Source of the DNA: the human T2T-CHM13v2.0 reference genome, Homo sapiens
DNA: 64,000 bases
Strand: one strand, 5' to 3'
Assembly: GCF_009914755.1 (NCBI RefSeq)
Contig: NC_060948.1
Positions 56,971 to 64,000 of the stretch are shown here, in pieces; position 1 is the stretch's first letter, and each line of letters starts with the position of its first letter. The translations under genes and the position numbers were made by a program. The notes below the pieces were generated by a model, which worked only from the letters and a program-made list of their open reading frames with translations, did no database searches and was not told where the DNA came from.

Positions 56971-59079
56971 AGATCCATATTTTTTAAATGAAAAAAAATT
57001 TCAAAGGTACTCTGCTTGGTACAATAATCAAATGTATAAACTGAGGAATAAAACATAACCATGAAACCTACTTATAACTGCATATGGAAAATACAGAGGA
57101 TAATTTTTTAAATAACATATTTTGAAAGCCTTAACTAGTAATTTGAAGAGTTGGCATTTGTAAGGCCAGTATGAATATACCTTCAAAGCAGCAACACAGG
57201 TTCCCCATGAGAAAAAGCAAACTCAGGGAAAATAAAACCACAAAGGTTCAATCTCTTCTGACCTTTGAAAGACACAGCACAGACAGTGGTCCTTAGGACG
57301 AAGAGCAGGAGACCCCTAATTCCGTCACCATGGCGATAGGGCATAAACATTGCTGGGTGAGGGCACAATCCACATTGTGAGGTCCAACTGCTGCCAGGAA
57401 GACAGGAGTGCTTTTACATAGACCGAAAGGTCATTGAAGGCTCAGAGTTTTGTTTCAAGAACTGAATCCCAAGCCCACACGTTATTAGGCTGCGCTTCTT
57501 AAAACAAGTTATGAGATGGGAAAAAGGGCACCCACAAACATACGTATACATTATCTATATAATAATATACAGAATCATATATAAAATATGTATAACCAAT
57601 GTATAATATTGTTTTACATCCTGCATCTTATATTATATATATTGTATAAAATATAATAATTGATAATATATAAGTTTTATATTTATACAATATGATATAT
57701 AGTATATATTATACTTTATGACATATATAATATATGTTATATATCATATATAGAATATATTATACGGTTAATATACGTATTAAATATAAATTATACATTA
57801 TATATATTATATAAAATATATCTGTTATATATAATACCCATTATGCATAATATATATATTATGTCTATGTTATATATAGTATAAAACAACATATAATAAT
57901 ATATAATTGTATATATAAAATGCGACATATAATATATATTATATTTTATGACATATGTAATATATATTATATATTATATATAATACGTTGTATGTATAAT
58001 ACCTATATTAAATATATATTATATGACTATGTTATTAATTACATGTCACATATGTTATATATTATATATTTTACATAGAATATACCGGTTACATATAATA
58101 TATACTATGTTACCTATAATGTATAATTGATTACATGTAAAATAAAGAATGCAATATATTATGTATAATTTATAATATACAATATGTGGAATGTGATATA
58201 TATAACATATAATATCTGATATATGATATACAGTATATGATATATAACATACAATATATGATACCTAATATATATGGTATACAATATATATTTTAAGATA
58301 TGTATTCTATATGTTTTATATTCTGTTATATATAACTATTTGAAATTATATATAACTGTATAATATTTTATGTAAATATGTAATATAACATATATAACTA
58401 TATAATATATTATATATAACTATATATTATGTTATATATACTTTTATAACATAATTTACATAAAATGTCATAATATAATATATATTATATTATTTCACAT
58501 TACATAATATATATTACATATCACCCAATATAAGTAACATACATAATATTATAAAATAGATTATATTATGTTATATTAAATATCATATATATCATGTATC
58601 ATATATTCTATAATATATATTACACATTATATAATATGTATGTTGTCTATTTTCTGATATATAAAACTATATATATAATTATATTATACATATAACTAGA
58701 TAAACATGTAATTCTACATATTTTCATTTGTAATATATAGAATTATATAATCATATATAATTATTTATATTCTATAAAAAATTATATCATTATATAAATT
58801 ATAATATAAAAAAATTATAATATGTACTACAAATATACATATTATATATCATATATGATATAGTACCTTTGTTATATATCATAATACATATAAATGTGTA
58901 TTATGTTATCTATAATTATATAATTTCATATATAAGATGTATAATATGTATTATATATTGTCTATGTTATGTAATATATATAGTATATGTAAGCTGACAC
59001 AGGATAAATATTATATACTATGACATATAAAATATATGAGGTTATATGTTACATATAAGGCATAGCACATAACATGTAA

Positions 59080-59386
<307 letters not shown>

Positions 59387-61507
59387 AGATCCATATTTTT
59401 TAAATGAAAAAAAATTTCAAAGGTACTCTGCTTGGTACAATAATCAAATGTATAAACTGAGGAATAAAACATAACCATGAAACCTACTTATAACTGCATA
59501 TGGAAAATACAGAGGATAATTTTTTAAATAACATATTTTGAAAGCCTTAACTAGTAATTTGAAGAGTTGGCATTTGAAAGGCCAGTATGAATATACCTTC
59601 AAAGCAGCAACACAGGTTCCCCATGAGAAACAGCAAACTCAGGGAAAATAAAACCACAAAGGTTCAATCTCTTCTGACCTTTGAAAGACACAGCAAAGAC
59701 AGTGGTCCTTAGGACGAAGAGCAGGAGACCCCTAATTCCGTCACCATGGCGATAGGGCATAAACATTGCTGGGTGAGGGCACAATCCACATTGTGAGGTC
59801 CAACTGCTGCCAGGAAGACAGGAGTGCTTTTACATGGACCGAAAGTTCATTGAAGGCTCAGAGTTTTGTTTCAAGAACTGAATCCCAAGCCCACACGTTA
59901 TTAGGCTGCGCTTCTTAAAACAAGTTATGAGATGGGAAAAAGGGCACCCACAAACATACGTATACATTATGTATATAATAATATACAGTGTCATATATAT
60001 AATATATATAACCTATGTATAATATTGTTTTACATCCTGCATCTTATGTTATATATATTGTATAAAATATAATAATTGATAATATATAAGTTTTATATTT
60101 ATACAATATGACATATAGTATATATTATAATTTATGACATATATAATATATGTTATATATCATATATAGAATATATTATACGGTTAATATACGTATTAAA
60201 TATAAATTATACATTATATAAATTATATATAATATATCTGTTATATATAATACCCATTATGCATAATATATATATTATGTCTATGTTATATATAGTATAA
60301 AACAACATATAATAATATATAATTGTATATATAAAATGCGACATATAATATATATTATATTTTATAACATATGTAATATATATTATATATAATACGTTGT
60401 ATGTATAATACCTATATTAAATATATATTATATGACTATGTTATTAATTACATGTCACATGTGTTATATATTATATATTTTACATAGAATATACCGGTTA
60501 CATACAATATATACTATGTTACCTATAATGTATAATTTATTACATGTAAGAAAAAGAATGCAATATATTATGTAAAATTAATAATATACCATATGTGGAA
60601 TGTGATATATATAACATATAATATATGATATATGATATACAGTATATGATATATAACATACAATATATGACTCCTAATATATATGGTATACAATATATAT
60701 TTTATGATATGTATTCTATATGTTTTATATTCTGTTATATATAACTATTTGAAATTATATATAACTGTATAATATTTTATGTAAATATGTAATATAATAT
60801 ATATAACTATATAATATATTATATATAACTATATATTATGTTATATATACATTTATAACATAATTTACATAAAATATCATAATATAATATATATTATATT
60901 ATTTCATATTACATAATATATATTACATATCACCCAATATAACTAACATACATAATATTATAATATAGATTATATTGTGTTATATTAAATATCATATATA
61001 TCATGTATCATATATTCTATAATATATATTACACATTATATATTATGTATGTTGTCTATTATGTGATATATATAACTCTATATATAATTATATTTTTATA
61101 CATATAACTAGATAAACATGTAATTCTACATATTGTCATTTATAATATGTAGAATTATATAATCATATATAATTATTTATATTCTATAAAAAATTTTATC
61201 ATTATATAAATTATAATATATAAAAATTATAATATGTACTACAAATATATATATTATATATCATATATGCAATAGTACCTTTGTTATATATCATAATACA
61301 TATAAATGTGTATTATGTTATCTATAATTATATAATTTCATATATAAGTTGTATAATATGTATCATATATTATATATGTTACGTAATATATATAGTATAT
61401 ATAAGATGACACAGGATAAATATTATATACTATGACATATAAAATATATGAGGTTATATGTTACATATAAGGCATAGCACATAACATGTAATATATATCA
61501 TATATAA

Positions 61508-61799
61508 TTTTTTTTTAGACAGAATCTTGTCCTGTTGCACAGGGTGGGGTACAATGGCGCCATCTTTGCTCACTGCAACTTCTGCCTCACGGTTCCAAGC
61601 GATTGTCCTCCCTCAGCCTCCCAGGTAGCTGGGACTACACCACACTGGGACTACACCAGCTGCCACCATGCCTAGCTAATTTTTTGGATTTTTAGTAGTG
61701 ACAGCGTTTCACTGTATTGGCCAGGATGGTCTTGATCTCTTCACCTTGTGATCCCCTTGCCTTGGCCTCCAAATTTGCTGGGATTACAGGCCTGAGCCA
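61508..61799 (-). mobile_element. Alu copy 26 (type A)
   Basis: Back to gaatc, ggtgggg and caacttc. Confidence 0.93.
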
Positions 61800-63927
61800 A
61801 GATCCATATTTTTTAAATGAAAAAAAATTTCAAAGGTACTCTGCTTGGTACAATAATCAAATGTATAAACTGAGGAATAAAACATAACCATGAAACCTAC
61901 TTATAACTGCATATGGAAAATACAGAGGATAATTTTTTAAATAACATATTTTGAAAGCCTTAACTAGTAATTTGAAGAGCTGGCATTTGAAAGGCCAGTA
62001 TGAATATACCTTCAAAGCAGCAACACAGGTTCCCCATGAGAAAAAGCAAACACAGGGAAAGTAAAAACACAAAGGTTCAATCTCTTCTGACCTTTGAAAG
62101 ACACAGCACAGACAGTGGTCCTTAGGACGAAGAGCAGGAGACCCCTAATTCCGTCACCATGGCGATAGGGCATAAACATTGCTGGGTGAGGGCACAATCC
62201 ACATTGTGAGGTCCAACTGCTGCCAGGAAGACAGGAGTGCTTTTACATAGACCGAAAGGTCATTGAAGGCTCAGAGTTTTGTTTCAAGAACTGAATCCCA
62301 AGCCCACACGTTATTAGGCTGCGCTTCTTAAAACAAGTTATGAGATGGGAAAAAGGGCACCCACAAACATACGTATACAGTATGTATATAATAATATACA
62401 GTATCATATATATAATATATATAACCTATGTATAATATTGTTTTACATCCTGCATCTTATGTTATATATATTGTATAAAATATAATAATTGATAATATAT
62501 AAGTTTTATAATTATACAGTAAGACATATAGTATATATTATAATTTATGACATATGTAATATATGTTATATGTCATATATAGAATATATTATACGGTTAA
62601 TATACGTATTAAATATAAATTATACATTATATATATTATATATAATATATCTGTTATATATAATACCCATTATGCATAATATATATATTATGTCTATGTT
62701 ATATATAGTATAAAACAACATATAATAATATATAATTGTATATATAAAATGCGACATATAATATATATTATAATTTGTAACATATGTAATATATATTATA
62801 TATTATATATAATATGTTGTATGTATAATACCTATATTAAATATATATTATATGACTATGTTATTAATTACATGTCACATGTGTTATATATTATATATTT
62901 TACATAGAATATACCGGTTACATACAACATATACTATGTTACCTATAATGTATAATTTATTACATGTAAAATAAAGAATGCAATATATTATGTATAATTT
63001 ATAATATACCATATGTGGAATGTGATATATATAACATATAATATATGATATATCATATACAGTATATGATATATAACATACAATATATGATTCCTAATAT
63101 ATATGGTATACAATATATATTTTATGATATGTATTCTATATGTTTTATATTCTGTTATATATAACTATTTGAAATTATATATAACTGTATAATATTTTAT
63201 GTAAATATGTAATATAATATATATAACTATATAATATATTATATATAACTATATATTATATTATATATACTTTTATAACATAATTTACATAAAATATCAT
63301 AATATAATATATATTATATTATTTCATATTACATAATACATATTACATATCACCCAATATAACTAACATACATAATATTATAATATAGATTATATTATGT
63401 TATATTAAATATCATATATATCATGTATCATATATTCTATAATATATATTACACATTATATAATATGTATGTTGTCTATTATGTGATATATATAACTATA
63501 TATATAATTATATTTTTATACATATAACTAGATAAACCTGTAATTCTACATATTTTCATTTATAATATGTAGAATTATATAATCATATATAATTATTTAT
63601 ATTCTATAAAAAATTTTATCATTATATAAATTATAATATATAAAAATTATAATATGTACTACAAATATATATATTATATATCATATATGCTCTAGTACCT
63701 TTGTTATATATCATAATACATATAAATGTTTATTATGTTATCTATAATTATATAATTTCATATATAAGTTGTATAATATGTATCATATATTATATATGTT
63801 ATGTAATATATATAGTATATATAAGATGACACAGGATAAATATTATATACTATGACATATAAAATATATGAGGTTATATGTTACATATAAGGCATAGCAC
63901 ATAACATGTAATATATATCATATATAA

Positions 63928-64000
63928 TTTTTTTTTAGACAGAATCTTGTCCTGTTGCACAGGTTGGGGTACAATGGCGCCATCTTTGCTCACTGCAACT
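63928..64000 (-). mobile_element. Alu copy 27, cut by window end
   Basis: T9 tail followed by agacagaatcttg...gctcactgcaact. Confidence 0.9.

Overview
This is primate (very probably human) satellite DNA, not a prokaryotic or gene-containing region. The whole 64 kb is one uninterrupted head-to-tail array of a ~2.42 kb composite unit, about 26.4 copies, with periods of 2413-2422 bp and a single orientation. Each unit has three parts: a diverged minus-strand Alu (~292 bp, with an internal 16-bp duplication), a ~575 bp HSATI-like segment, and a ~1.55 kb extremely AT-rich block. This matches the known DYZ2/HSat1B repeat, whose long arrays lie in Yq12 heterochromatin (related copies occur on acrocentric short arms and at 22q11). 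The GGCC spacing predicts a 2145-bp HaeIII fragment, consistent with the classic 2.1-kb DYZ2 band. No credible CDS, RNA gene or CRISPR array is present, and the recurring ORFs are by-products of the repeat. I found no new biological system. The main points of interest are in the array's history: two unit subtypes in blocks, mosaic units, shared variants at 1-, 3- and 4-unit offsets, AT palindromes, and a possible Alu target-site remnant. All variant comparisons were made by eye and need a proper alignment.
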